DNA from: Cyanobacteriota bacterium
GTDB taxonomy: Bacteria > Cyanobacteriota > Cyanobacteriia > Thermostichales > Thermostichaceae
Assembly (NCBI GenBank): GCA_033764955.1
Contig: JANRIL010000010.1
Coordinates: 27,754 to 91,753 of the forward strand
Length of the DNA: 64,000 bases
Direction: 5' to 3'
In this document: one piece after another, positions 9,408 to 18,555 of the stretch
How the letters are laid out: each line of letters opens with the position of its first letter
Position numbering within the stretch: the first letter of the stretch is position 1
Position numbers and translations under genes: made by a program
The notes under the pieces: model-generated
What the model was told of the DNA's origin: nothing
What the model saw: the letters and a program-made list of their open reading frames with translations, nothing else
The model's database searches: none

Positions 9408-9635
9408 AGTGGCTCACGCTAATGCTCAAGAGGTGGCTGGATAGGGATTGATCATGGCATCTATATCCCCATAGCACCACCATACAATACCCCTCCCCAA
9501 AAAGCGGAGGCCAATGCCGTCAAGCCATCTTTGGCCTTGGTCTTTTCAACATCACATAGTCTTTTCAACGTCAATGCTACTGGGGCTACGGCGTTGTCAA
9601 GGCTACGATAAGGAAACGTTCTCCTCCTGATCGGC

Positions 9636-10817
9636 ATGACCTTGGATTTTCGATTTGGCATTATCAGTGATCTGCATATTGCCCTCCCCCATACAGTCTG
9701 GGATCACCCCAGTCGTTTTCATTTAGTGGAGGTGAGTATTCCGGCGCTGGAGATTGTCTTAGCGGAATTAGCCGAGCTGGATCTGGATTTTCTCCTCTTA
9801 CCGGGGGATTTAACCCAGCACGGCGAACCGGATAACCATACGTGGCTGGCTGAACGGCTCCACCAACTGCCTTATCCTGTTTATGTTGTGCCGGGAAACC
9901 ACGATATTCCCTGTCTAAAAAATAATGGACATTCGATTGGAGTGAATGACTTTACCCATTATTATCAGCCCTTTGGTTATCAGGATCTCACCCAGCTCTA
10001 TTATACTTGTTCACTCCTTCCCCATGTGCGTTTGATTGGTCTCAATTCCAATCAATTTGATCCACAAGGTCGTCTGTTTGGCGGGCTGGATCAACAACAA
10101 CTTATCTGGCTAGAAAACGCTCTGCAAGAGGCATCAGAAGAACTAATTTTGGTGATGGTGCACCACAATGTTGTGGAGCATCTGCGCGGTCAATCTCAAC
10201 ATGGATGGGGTCGCCGCTATATGATTAAGAATGCTTCCGAGTTAATCCGAATTTTGCAGCGTTATGGTGTTCAACTGGTTTTTACGGGACATTTACATAT
10301 TCAAAATATTGCCTGCCGTAAGGGAGTTTATGATATTACCACGGGATCGTTGGTCAGCTATCCTCACCCCTATCGTATTTTGCGGGTGACGGGGGATCGG
10401 CATCATTCATCGGGGGCTTGGCAGATTCATATTCAATCTCGACGAGTGGAAGCTGTTGAGGAATGGCCGAATTTACAACATTTTTCCAGAGAGTGGATGG
10501 CCAATCGCAGTACCCCGCTGATGGAGCAGTTTTTAGCAGCGGATCCCCTCAATTTTTCGGGAGAACAGGCCAGAACTTTTGCCCCCCATTTGCGCTACTT
10601 GTGGGCAGACATTGCTGCTGGAGATGCCCATTTATGGTTCCCTGAATTTCCGCTGGCAGCCCGTCATTATCTCGAAAAAATGAATCGCTCCGTCAGTTGT
10701 GATCCCGATATTCCGATTACTTCCGATAATCAAACGACTTTATCCCTACAGCCCCGCTCCACAAAAGTTGGCTTGGCTAGCCCAGCGTTGTCGGCGAGTC
10801 CGCTGGCTCGTGAATAG
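9636..10817 (+). CDS. Calcineurin-like metallophosphoesterase (CpdA/Icc-like)
   Basis: SDLH, GDLT, PGNHD, HHN and TGHLH motifs. Confidence 0.9.
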   Translation: MTLDFRFGIISDLHIALPHTVWDHPSRFHLVEVSIPALEIVLAELAELDLDFLLLPGDLTQHGEPDNHTWLAERLHQLPYPVYVVPGNHDIPCLKNNGHSIGVNDFTHYYQPFGYQDLTQLYYTCSLLPHVRLIGLNSNQFDPQGRLFGGLDQQQLIWLENALQEASEELILVMVHHNVVEHLRGQSQHGWGRRYMIKNASELIRILQRYGVQLVFTGHLHIQNIACRKGVYDITTGSLVSYPHPYRILRVTGDRHHSSGAWQIHIQSRRVEAVEEWPNLQHFSREWMANRSTPLMEQFLAADPLNFSGEQARTFAPHLRYLWADIAAGDAHLWFPEFPLAARHYLEKMNRSVSCDPDIPITSDNQTTLSLQPRSTKVGLASPALSASPLARE

Positions 10818-13029
10818 GCCAGGGATCCCCTAAATCTGCGGTCAGAGGATCAACAGCTAACCCCCAGTCCTGGGCAATGGCTTGGGTGAGTCCCTGCTGG
10901 TTGCCACCGGGAAAACGAGCCAGCGCCAAGAGTAGGTTAAGCAGTTGGGGTGGGTGAGGGATCCGCCCGAAGATGTGCAGCCCATCGCGGATCTGAGCTT
11001 CCTTCAATTCGCAGAGATAGCCGTCGAGGGTGGGCAGCCATTCTGGGAAAGCGGTGGAACTAGCTGACGGCACGAGTTGTTCTTGCTCCACTAGCTCCTG
11101 AATCTGACTTTGGATCAAGCGGGCGCGACTGGGATCCAATCCTTGAGACTGAGCATATTCATCCAGCAGGTTTTCCAGGCGCAGCAGCGATCCATAGAGA
11201 TGGGCACGGCGGAGGGGAGGAGTTAGATGATCCAAAATCACCGCCTGGGCACGGCGCTTCGCCTGAGATCCCTCCCCCGGATCGTTGACGATGAAGGGAT
11301 AGAAATGGGGGAGAGGACCAAGGGCAATTTCTGGAAAACAATCCTCAGAGAGGGCGATGCTTTTACCGGGCAGCCATTCCAGATTGCCATGTTTGCCTAC
11401 ATGCACCACCGCATCCACCCCCATCACCTGCCGCAGCCAAACATAAAAGGCCAGATAAGTGTGGGTAGGTACTAAATCAGGAGCGTGATAGCTGAGGCTA
11501 GGATCTTGATCATAGCCACGGGAGGGTTGCAGCCCCACAAACACCTGTCCATAGCTGATGCCGGGAATGGGGATAGGTTGGTCGGGGGGATCCCCCCATT
11601 GCTGCTGGATGGCCGTCTGGATGGCCGGGGAAAGTGTTGTCCAAAAATCTTGATAAATAGCGGGAGCGAGGGCTTGCCGAATGGGTCGATAGTCTCGTCC
11701 TATTGGATCAAGGGTGACACCACTAGTCAGATGGGTGATCAACTGATCGCTGCTGTTGGGAATATCCTTCACCCCATAACCCGCCCGCTGCATAGCCTGC
11801 AAAAGCTCCACACAACTAGCCGGAGTATCTAGCCCCACTCCATTGGCGATCCGTCCATCACGGCAGGGATAGTTGGCAAGCACCAGCGCCACCCGGCGTT
11901 CTGCCACAGACTTGCGGCGCAATCTCACCCAATGCCCAGCTAGATCCGCCACAAACTCCACCCGATCCACCTGGGGCTGATAGACAACCACATCCGTTTG
12001 CAGGTGAGGATCCCCCACTTGAATAGATTTGAAGGAAATAGCCCGTGTCATGACTCGCCCATCCACTTCCGGCAACACAACATTCATGGCGAGATCACGG
12101 GATCCCAACCCTTGCGGAGATTCCTGCCATTGCTCATAGGATCCCCCACTCAAAACAACCTGCAAAACCGGAACATCGAGGGCTTGCCAAAGACTCAAAT
12201 CAACAGTTTCCTGATCCAAACGGGCTAAGGAAAAACTTGTGGTGATCAATAAAACATCGATTTTCCCCTGCCAAAAGGTCAGGGCTTGTCTCATCAAATC
12301 AGGTTCCTGCAATCCGTAGGTATAAAGGCAATGAGGACGGAGAGATCGCTCTCGCAAAGCCCGACAAAGGGCATCCATGGGAGCTATGTTTCCGGCTAAA
12401 AGATGAGCACGATAAAAAAGAATACCCACCCCCGGCCAATCGTGATCCACAGGTTGTTCATTTTCTTCTGAAATGGGCCTATCTTGATAAACGCCCACCC
12501 GTGGCAACACCTGTATAGGCTGGAGGGGATAGTCCGTCTTCAGGGCACAATTGGCAAAAGCTTTTAATCCTTGCTCTATATTATTGACCCCTCCTTCTAA
12601 AAAGTATTGCCAAATTTGATGAACAGCCCTCATCCCAATAGTAGAATGACTGATTAGATCCCAATCTGGTTGATCATCTCCCGGTAAAACTATCAACAGA
12701 GATCCATTTTCCTGAACCATTTGTTTGACGGTTTCTAACCCATAGCTCCAATAGGATTTCCCTCCCAATAAACGAATCAGGATCCCTTGGGCTGAGCTTA
12801 AAACGGTTTGGACATAGGCATCAATCGATATATTTTGTTGCAAATGCAAGAGATTGGTCACTCTCACCTCAGGAAAATGGCTGGGCAACTGGGGTTGAAC
12901 CTGCGCTAGCGTTTGAATATCCGTATCGGCTGCCGTCAAAATTACCAACGGTGCGGGATCCTGCTCTACAAAAATCACCCCTGTCGCTGAGGGATCCCAT
13001 CCGCCGGGACGGGCACTGATCCGGTGCAT
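10777..13029 (-). CDS. cobN: Cobaltochelatase CobN, N-terminal portion only (split or truncated)
   Basis: MHRISARPGGW start, RDLAMNVVLPEVDGR, HVGKHGNLEWLPGK, NDPGEGSQAKRR and LKEAQIRDGLHIFG; ends at about 750 aa. Confidence 0.9.
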   Translation of the reverse strand: MHRISARPGGWDPSATGVIFVEQDPAPLVILTAADTDIQTLAQVQPQLPSHFPEVRVTNLLHLQQNISIDAYVQTVLSSAQGILIRLLGGKSYWSYGLETVKQMVQENGSLLIVLPGDDQPDWDLISHSTIGMRAVHQIWQYFLEGGVNNIEQGLKAFANCALKTDYPLQPIQVLPRVGVYQDRPISEENEQPVDHDWPGVGILFYRAHLLAGNIAPMDALCRALRERSLRPHCLYTYGLQEPDLMRQALTFWQGKIDVLLITTSFSLARLDQETVDLSLWQALDVPVLQVVLSGGSYEQWQESPQGLGSRDLAMNVVLPEVDGRVMTRAISFKSIQVGDPHLQTDVVVYQPQVDRVEFVADLAGHWVRLRRKSVAERRVALVLANYPCRDGRIANGVGLDTPASCVELLQAMQRAGYGVKDIPNSSDQLITHLTSGVTLDPIGRDYRPIRQALAPAIYQDFWTTLSPAIQTAIQQQWGDPPDQPIPIPGISYGQVFVGLQPSRGYDQDPSLSYHAPDLVPTHTYLAFYVWLRQVMGVDAVVHVGKHGNLEWLPGKSIALSEDCFPEIALGPLPHFYPFIVNDPGEGSQAKRRAQAVILDHLTPPLRRAHLYGSLLRLENLLDEYAQSQGLDPSRARLIQSQIQELVEQEQLVPSASSTAFPEWLPTLDGYLCELKEAQIRDGLHIFGRIPHPPQLLNLLLALARFPGGNQQGLTQAIAQDWGLAVDPLTADLGDPWPIHEPADSPTTLG

Positions 13030-13297
13030 AAAGAACTCCAAGCTGATGGTGATCTGGCCTCTATCACCTTTGGTTGTAGCCTAGCCACTATTGGTAATGA
13101 TGTCAAAATGGATAGAATCTGTGTCGGCAAGTTTAATGACAACAGGTTCTATTTGTATAGGGGTAGAGGTGCGGGTATTTTTGACTGCACTCATCACTGT
13201 GTTTACAATATGAATGAATGCCATTTGGGATAGGTTGGTCACTAGCCCATGGCAGCCTTTTTGATTTACAGATAAGCCACCTAGGGAACAAGAAATT

Positions 13298-13738
13298 ATG
13301 ACTCAATCACTCTACGACCACGACATTCTTTTATGGGTTGAAGATACGGTTTCCAAGCTCAAAACCAGGGATTTTGATAGCTTAGATCTAGAAAATTTAA
13401 TTGAGGAGGTGGAATCTTTGGGGCGATCTGAAAAAAGGGAACTTCTTAGCCGCTTGACGATCCTCATTGAACATCTCATCAAAAGACTTTACGTTTCAAT
13501 GCCAGAGAACTATCGCGGCTGGGAAACTACAATTCGCAATCAACGAACAGAGCTAGGCTTTTTGTTGAAAGATGCACCTAGCCTGAAAGCCTTTTGGGGA
13601 GAGAGTTTTGCTTTAGCTCTTGCTACTGCTCTCAAAAATCTGTGTAAAGAATATCCCCAAGTCAATTTCCCTCAAGACTGGATCTATACCAATGATCTAG
13701 ATTTGATTTTGACTATTGATTTTTGGGAGGTGAAGTAA
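13298..13738 (+). CDS. DUF29 family protein
   Basis: LYDHDILLW, LDLENLIEEVESLGRSEKR, W..TIRNQR and PSLK. Confidence 0.92.
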   Translation: MTQSLYDHDILLWVEDTVSKLKTRDFDSLDLENLIEEVESLGRSEKRELLSRLTILIEHLIKRLYVSMPENYRGWETTIRNQRTELGFLLKDAPSLKAFWGESFALALATALKNLCKEYPQVNFPQDWIYTNDLDLILTIDFWEVK

Positions 13739-13827
13739 TGATTCAATCGATCTACGACCACGACATTCTTTTGTGGATTGAAGATACGGTTTCCAAGCTC
13801 AAGACTAGGGATTTTGATAGTTTATAG
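13738..13827 (+). pseudogene. Truncated tandem DUF29 paralog (29 codons)
   Basis: Near-identical to the 5' end of the 13298 gene (MIQSIYDHDILLWIEDTVSKLKTRDFDSL*); its ATG overlaps the upstream stop. Confidence 0.85.
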
Positions 13828-13916
13828 TCGTTCCAATTTAGTTTGAGAACCCCAAAATCTCTCAAAGCTTGGATATCAAGATTTAGGTGGTCGCATTCTT
13901 ATTTGGAATGACTATA
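13823..13916. mobile_element. MITE with about 26-bp imperfect terminal inverted repeats, TA-flanked
   Basis: Left end TATAGTCGTTCCAATTTAG; reverse complement of right end TATAGTCATTCCAAATAAG; no ORF. Confidence 0.75.
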
Positions 13917-13996
13917 GTTCCCGATTGTGGCTTGGATCGAGTTGCCCAATACGTGGTTTTTAGGTGGTCTGTCTAGATTTTCCTTTTCGGCAAGAG

Positions 13997-14347
13997 CTAC
14001 CCTTGTCGGGGAAAAATAGATTCATATTGCTGCAAAAATGGCTCGATTCGCTGCACCAATAAAAACAACGGCTGTTGCATTTGTTGCTGACCCTGGGGAG
14101 ACGAACGCCAGTAAGCCACCAATCCCCGTCGCACCTGGCTACTGACACTTTGCAACCGGCGGCGGCAGGCATCCAGACGAGTGCAGGATTTTTGTAACCG
14201 ACGCACCATCAACTGATCGCGGTTGGCGGCTAATTGCTCCTGCTGGCGGGCATTGATCTCCGCTAACCAGGTTTCGATAGCTTCCAGACGAGCCACCTGG
14301 GATCCCAGGTAGTTGACCAACCCCAATAGATCAGGAGAGTCCATCAT
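13997..14347 (-). CDS. Hypothetical coiled-coil protein
   Basis: Helical ORF overlapping the stop of the upstream gene. Confidence 0.55.
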   Translation of the reverse strand: MMDSPDLLGLVNYLGSQVARLEAIETWLAEINARQQEQLAANRDQLMVRRLQKSCTRLDACRRRLQSVSSQVRRGLVAYWRSSPQGQQQMQQPLFLLVQRIEPFLQQYESIFPRQG

Positions 14348-15899
14348 GGCTAGCCGCACGAATCGTGCGCTTCAGGGTGGTGCGGGGGCTTTGGTGCTGC
14401 CGATCCAAACTGACCGCCCAGGCTTCAAAGATCAGGTCGGGGATGGCGGCGGGAATGGTCATACGAGTCAGGGCTTGCCACTCCTTTTGATCAGTGTGGG
14501 TAAAGTCCAAAAGCCAACGGGGACCATCCACTAGAGAGCGGGTTTGTCCGTGCTTTACCCAAAATTTAATGCCGACCGGGGGAGTTGAGGTGGGGAAAAG
14601 ATTTTCTGAGGCGGGAAGGCGCAGCACAATATCAATGTTATCCCCCGCTTTGAGATCGAGGGGAACTCCCAACTCTGGTGGTAAAAGCTCCCCACTGGCT
14701 GAAGGGGTGGCGGGAGGGGAAAGGTCGGAGGGGGAGGGAGAGGGGGGTAATTCCTCTTGTGGGGCGGGAGGCGGGGGGGAGTCTAGGGGGGAGAGGGGGT
14801 TAGCCGCAGCTCCAGCCAGCTCAAGCGGGGGGGCGACGGCGACTTGAGGAGAATCGGGGAGCGATCCGTGACAAATAGCCAGCAACTTGCGGAGGGTACG
14901 TTCAGGAGAACAGGGATCCTCCGTCGAGGGGGGAGGGGGATCCATCTCATGAGTCTGAACGGAGCCATTGCGGGAGGAGGCGTCTGAACTAACTAAGGTG
15001 GCGGATTCGGTGGTGTCAACAAGGCGGCTATGGCTAGGGATACTTTGGGGGTCTTTGCTGATGTGGGGAGTATGCAAACCGGGTAAGAGGGGGCTGGGCT
15101 TGTCCTCAGCCGCCAAGGTGTCGGGGGATAAACAAGCTACCCGAAACGGAATACTACCAATGGGATCCCCGTTGGGGGCTGGGCGCAATACGAGATATCC
15201 TGTTAACTCCCCTAGCCAAGGGGCAGGCGGTAGCGCCACCGGAATGCTAAACACAGCGGTTTTTACTTCTGACAAGACTTGAATGGTGCGCTGGCTAGTG
15301 AACAATACCTGCTCATCGGCCAGTAAGTTCACCTCCAGTTCGCCGGAACAGCCAATCCGTCCCGTCAAGACCAGCACTTGCCCAGGGGATCCCTGCAACT
15401 GGGTGTGCATCAGGGAAAACTCCACCACTGGCAAGGGGACAAAATGGGGTTCCTGGGGATGGTTCGGTTCGGGGAGGGGGGGCGGAACAGGGGCAGGAAT
15501 CACCTTGAGACGTAGGATATCCACTTGACCTTCCCCAAATAATTCGGCAATCAAATCAGCGTCGTGACAGCGCAATTCCCACAACCCCGCTCCCAAAGGG
15601 GTCGGCGGCAGGATGACCCCCACCCCCTCATCATTGGTACGAATCGAGCGTTTTTGTTGGAACCAGAGTTCCCGCTCCTCCCCTGGATCGGAGGGAGATG
15701 TCTGGCTGATGGGGCGCTTGCCTGGAGGAACGGGCGCGGATCCCGCTAGACCAAATTGATAGAGTTCAACCGTGATCGTGAAGTGGGGTTGCGGGGAACG
15801 AGCAATGATCGTATAGACATCTGGTACCAGGACTGTGCCATCGGGGGGGATGGGGTTCCACTGCTCACTGTCCCCCCGCTTAATCCAAAAATCCATCAT
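14331..15899 (-). CDS. Hypothetical Pro-rich multidomain protein
   Basis: 522-aa ORF overlapping the hisS stop; beta-rich segments separated by Pro linkers; C-terminal VKFW...LVDGPRWLLDF-like motif. Confidence 0.75.
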   Translation of the reverse strand: MMDFWIKRGDSEQWNPIPPDGTVLVPDVYTIIARSPQPHFTITVELYQFGLAGSAPVPPGKRPISQTSPSDPGEERELWFQQKRSIRTNDEGVGVILPPTPLGAGLWELRCHDADLIAELFGEGQVDILRLKVIPAPVPPPLPEPNHPQEPHFVPLPVVEFSLMHTQLQGSPGQVLVLTGRIGCSGELEVNLLADEQVLFTSQRTIQVLSEVKTAVFSIPVALPPAPWLGELTGYLVLRPAPNGDPIGSIPFRVACLSPDTLAAEDKPSPLLPGLHTPHISKDPQSIPSHSRLVDTTESATLVSSDASSRNGSVQTHEMDPPPPSTEDPCSPERTLRKLLAICHGSLPDSPQVAVAPPLELAGAAANPLSPLDSPPPPAPQEELPPSPSPSDLSPPATPSASGELLPPELGVPLDLKAGDNIDIVLRLPASENLFPTSTPPVGIKFWVKHGQTRSLVDGPRWLLDFTHTDQKEWQALTRMTIPAAIPDLIFEAWAVSLDRQHQSPRTTLKRTIRAASHDGLS

Positions 15900-17197
15900 G
15901 ATTGCCTCCCTTGGCTGAGCATTGGATGAGCTAGCTGATGCTCCTTGAGATAATCCCTGAGGTGGGCATAGGGGAGCGTCACCTGCTCTGCGGTGAGGAG
16001 GTTTTTCAGTTGCAGCGTTTGGTTGGCGGCCTCCGCATCCCCCAGGATAACTGCCCAGCGGGCTTGACGGCGATTGGCTCGTTTCATTTGCTTAGCAAAG
16101 CCACTGCCGCTCAAGTCTAGCTCGGTAACAAAACCAGCTTGGCGGAGTTGCTGGGCAAGAGGCAAAGCTTGGGCTTCGGCGGCGGATCCCCGCGAGATGA
16201 TATAGAGATCCACCCCAGGCTGGAATTCGGCTTCACGGGATTGCAACAGTAAGATCAGTCGTTCTAGTCCCATTGCCCATCCCACCGCAGGTGTGGGCGG
16301 GCCTGCCAGCTCCTCCACTAACCCGTCATAGCGACCTCCCCCACAGACGGTACTCTGTGCCCCCAAATCCTGCGATTGAATTTCAAAGGCGGTGTGGGTG
16401 TAGTAGTCTAAGCCCCGTACCAGCAACGGATCCACTTGATAGGGGATCCCTAAGGCCGTCAACTGGGCTTGTACCTGGGCAAAATGCTGTTGGGCAGGAT
16501 CCCCCAGATAATCCAGCAAGCGAGGGGCTCCGGCTACAATCTCGCGGGTACGGGCATCTTTGCTATCCAAAATCCGCAAGGGGTTACGGGTGAGGCGTTG
16601 CTGAGAGTCGGCATCCAGATCTGCCTGATGGGGGGTGAGATAGTCGATCAAGGCTTGGCGGTAAGCCAAACGATCTTGGGGATCCCCAACAGAGTTGATC
16701 AGAAGATGCAAAGATTTGACGTTGAGGGCTTGCAGAATATCAAACGCAATCGCAATCACCTCGGCATCGGCGCGGGCATCGGCGGATCCCAAAACCTCGA
16801 TCCCCAACTGATGAAACTGCCGTTGTCGTCCGGCTTGGGGACGTTCATAGCGAAACATGGGTCCGCCGTACCACAACCGTTGGGTATCACCGCTGGCATA
16901 GAGACTGTGCTGAATGTAGGCTCTCACCACTCCGGCAGTATTTTCGGGGCGGAGGGTCACTTCTTTTTCGCCGCGTGTTGTGAAGGAATACATCTCCTTG
17001 CCCACAACATCGGTAGCCGTACCAATCCCCCGCACAAAAAGTTCACTCACCTCAAAAATGGGGGTGCGGATCTCCTGATAGCCAGCGCAAGCCAGGATAC
17101 GGCGCGCCACGGCCTCCACATGCTGCCAAATGGCAACCTCAGCGGGCAAAATATCTCGGGTTCCCCGTGTTGCCTGGATGATCTCCATGAAACTCAC
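15896..17197 (-). CDS. hisS: Histidine--tRNA ligase
   Basis: RGTRDILP, LRPENTAGVVRA, FRYERPQAGRQRQFHQ, LVRGLDYYTHTAFE and GGGRYDGL. Confidence 0.98.
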   Translation of the reverse strand: MSFMEIIQATRGTRDILPAEVAIWQHVEAVARRILACAGYQEIRTPIFEVSELFVRGIGTATDVVGKEMYSFTTRGEKEVTLRPENTAGVVRAYIQHSLYASGDTQRLWYGGPMFRYERPQAGRQRQFHQLGIEVLGSADARADAEVIAIAFDILQALNVKSLHLLINSVGDPQDRLAYRQALIDYLTPHQADLDADSQQRLTRNPLRILDSKDARTREIVAGAPRLLDYLGDPAQQHFAQVQAQLTALGIPYQVDPLLVRGLDYYTHTAFEIQSQDLGAQSTVCGGGRYDGLVEELAGPPTPAVGWAMGLERLILLLQSREAEFQPGVDLYIISRGSAAEAQALPLAQQLRQAGFVTELDLSGSGFAKQMKRANRRQARWAVILGDAEAANQTLQLKNLLTAEQVTLPYAHLRDYLKEHQLAHPMLSQGRQS

Positions 17198-17421
17198 ACC
17201 CTCAGTCCTAAACCCGATGCGGATCTATTGGTTGCTTGCCAACGGTTCAGTAACAGTTCAGTACCGATAAGTGCTGATCAGCGTAGACCCAAACCTTAGG
17301 CAAAAAAGCTAGCTAGGCGACTGCTCATCTGTTGATTGTTGAGGAAGCCACAACTTGCTTTACTATTCTTTAGCATTTTGTGTCCCTTTCTCACGCGCAA
17401 CAGCAAAAGATTCGGGATCCC

Positions 17422-17898
17422 CTATAGCGGGAAACAGGTCTGCAAATCTACCGCTACATGACTAGGTACCAAATGATCGATCGGTCCTCCCAGGCGTGCG
17501 ACTTCTTTGACCAGGCTACTGCTCAAAAAACTGTGCTTGCTGGAGGTGGCTAAAAAAATTGTTTCCAATTCGGAAGCCAGCATCTTGTTGGTATGCGCCA
17601 TTTGCAGTTCACCATCAAAATCCGATAGCACCCGTAGCCCGCGGATCAACACCTGTGCCCCCTGTTGACGAGCATAGGCAATCGTCAATCCATCAAAACT
17701 ATCTACCCGCACGTTTTTGAGATGGGCAACCGCTAGGGTAATCTGCTGTTGGCGTTGCTGGGGGGTAAAGAGGGGGCTTTTGTTGGGGTTCTTGAGCACG
17801 GCCACAATCACCTGATCAAAGAGACGGCTAGCTCGCTCAACAATATCCAAATGCCCGTAGGTAATCGGGTCAAAACTACCTGGATAGATACTGATCAT
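17422..17898 (-). CDS. coaD: Pantetheine-phosphate adenylyltransferase
   Basis: [24 protein letters not shown] and SSSLVKEVA. Confidence 0.97.
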   Translation of the reverse strand: MISIYPGSFDPITYGHLDIVERASRLFDQVIVAVLKNPNKSPLFTPQQRQQQITLAVAHLKNVRVDSFDGLTIAYARQQGAQVLIRGLRVLSDFDGELQMAHTNKMLASELETIFLATSSKHSFLSSSLVKEVARLGGPIDHLVPSHVAVDLQTCFPL

Positions 17899-17963
17899 GA
17901 ATAGGTCTCCTCTGGGCTAGGTTAGATCCTAAAACCTGTGATGTCCCCAGCCTCAGGAGGCCA

Positions 17964-18104
17964 ATGTCAGAAACCAATATCCCCGAGCTTTCTCTAGAAA
18001 ATCTGGCTGAGATTGAATCCGCCCTCGATCATCTCTTGACCCTCAACGAAGAGGAGGTCAGGGAACTGGAGCGCCTAGCCAGCCGCTTTCCAGCCAGCGA
18101 TTAG
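17964..18104 (+). CDS. Putative 46-aa acidic small protein (below the ORF-track cutoff)
   Basis: AGGAGG at 17955-17960, ATG 17964, MSETNIPELSLENLAEIESALDHLLTLNEEEVRELERLASRFPASD*. Confidence 0.5.
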   Translation: MSETNIPELSLENLAEIESALDHLLTLNEEEVRELERLASRFPASD

Positions 18105-18142
18105 CCCAAGCCGAAAGGAAACCGAGCCGTCAAGGGATCCCA

Positions 18143-18478
18143 TCAGCGAGTCAGGGAAAAGCTCCCACTGTCTTGGAGTAAAGGCAGTCCGCGCAGGCGG
18201 CGCACTTGATTGAGGTGAGCCGGACAATCGCAGCCAAACCAAGCAATGGCGGTGTTACTCTCCTCCTCACTAAATTCCAAAAAGGGGTGATCAGTCGCCA
18301 CGGAGGATGGTAAGGGATCCCAACGCTCTAGGGTTACGTCGAGGCTGAGGGGAGTCTGCTGCTCAATGGCATGACTAAGGGAAGCTGAGCAGAACCAGAA
18401 GAAAACCAGGGTGGGATAAGCCAGCAAAGCCAAACGCAGTCGGAACATCGGTGGGTGCGGTGGTGAAATTTTCAACAC
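18143..18478 (-). CDS. Hypothetical exported protein
   Basis: Signal-like N-terminus; C-terminal EFSEEESNTAIAWFGCDCPAHLNQVRRLRG motif. Confidence 0.65.
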   Translation of the reverse strand: MLKISPPHPPMFRLRLALLAYPTLVFFWFCSASLSHAIEQQTPLSLDVTLERWDPLPSSVATDHPFLEFSEEESNTAIAWFGCDCPAHLNQVRRLRGLPLLQDSGSFSLTR

Positions 18479-18555
18479 ATCATCACAAAACTCATCTCAA
18501 AAAACAGTCTACTCGAAAAATCGCGGCGGGCAGGAGGAAGAGGATAGGGATCCCG

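Noticed and set aside
9540..9573. CRISPR mini-array
   Set aside because: Only two 15-bp units with a 4-bp gap; no cas genes or spacer-sized intervals recognised in the window.
13030..13297. Cobalamin riboswitch before cobN
   Set aside because: No B12-box or aptamer core recognised.
16469..17299. 276-aa plus-strand ORF
   Set aside because: Antisense to hisS.
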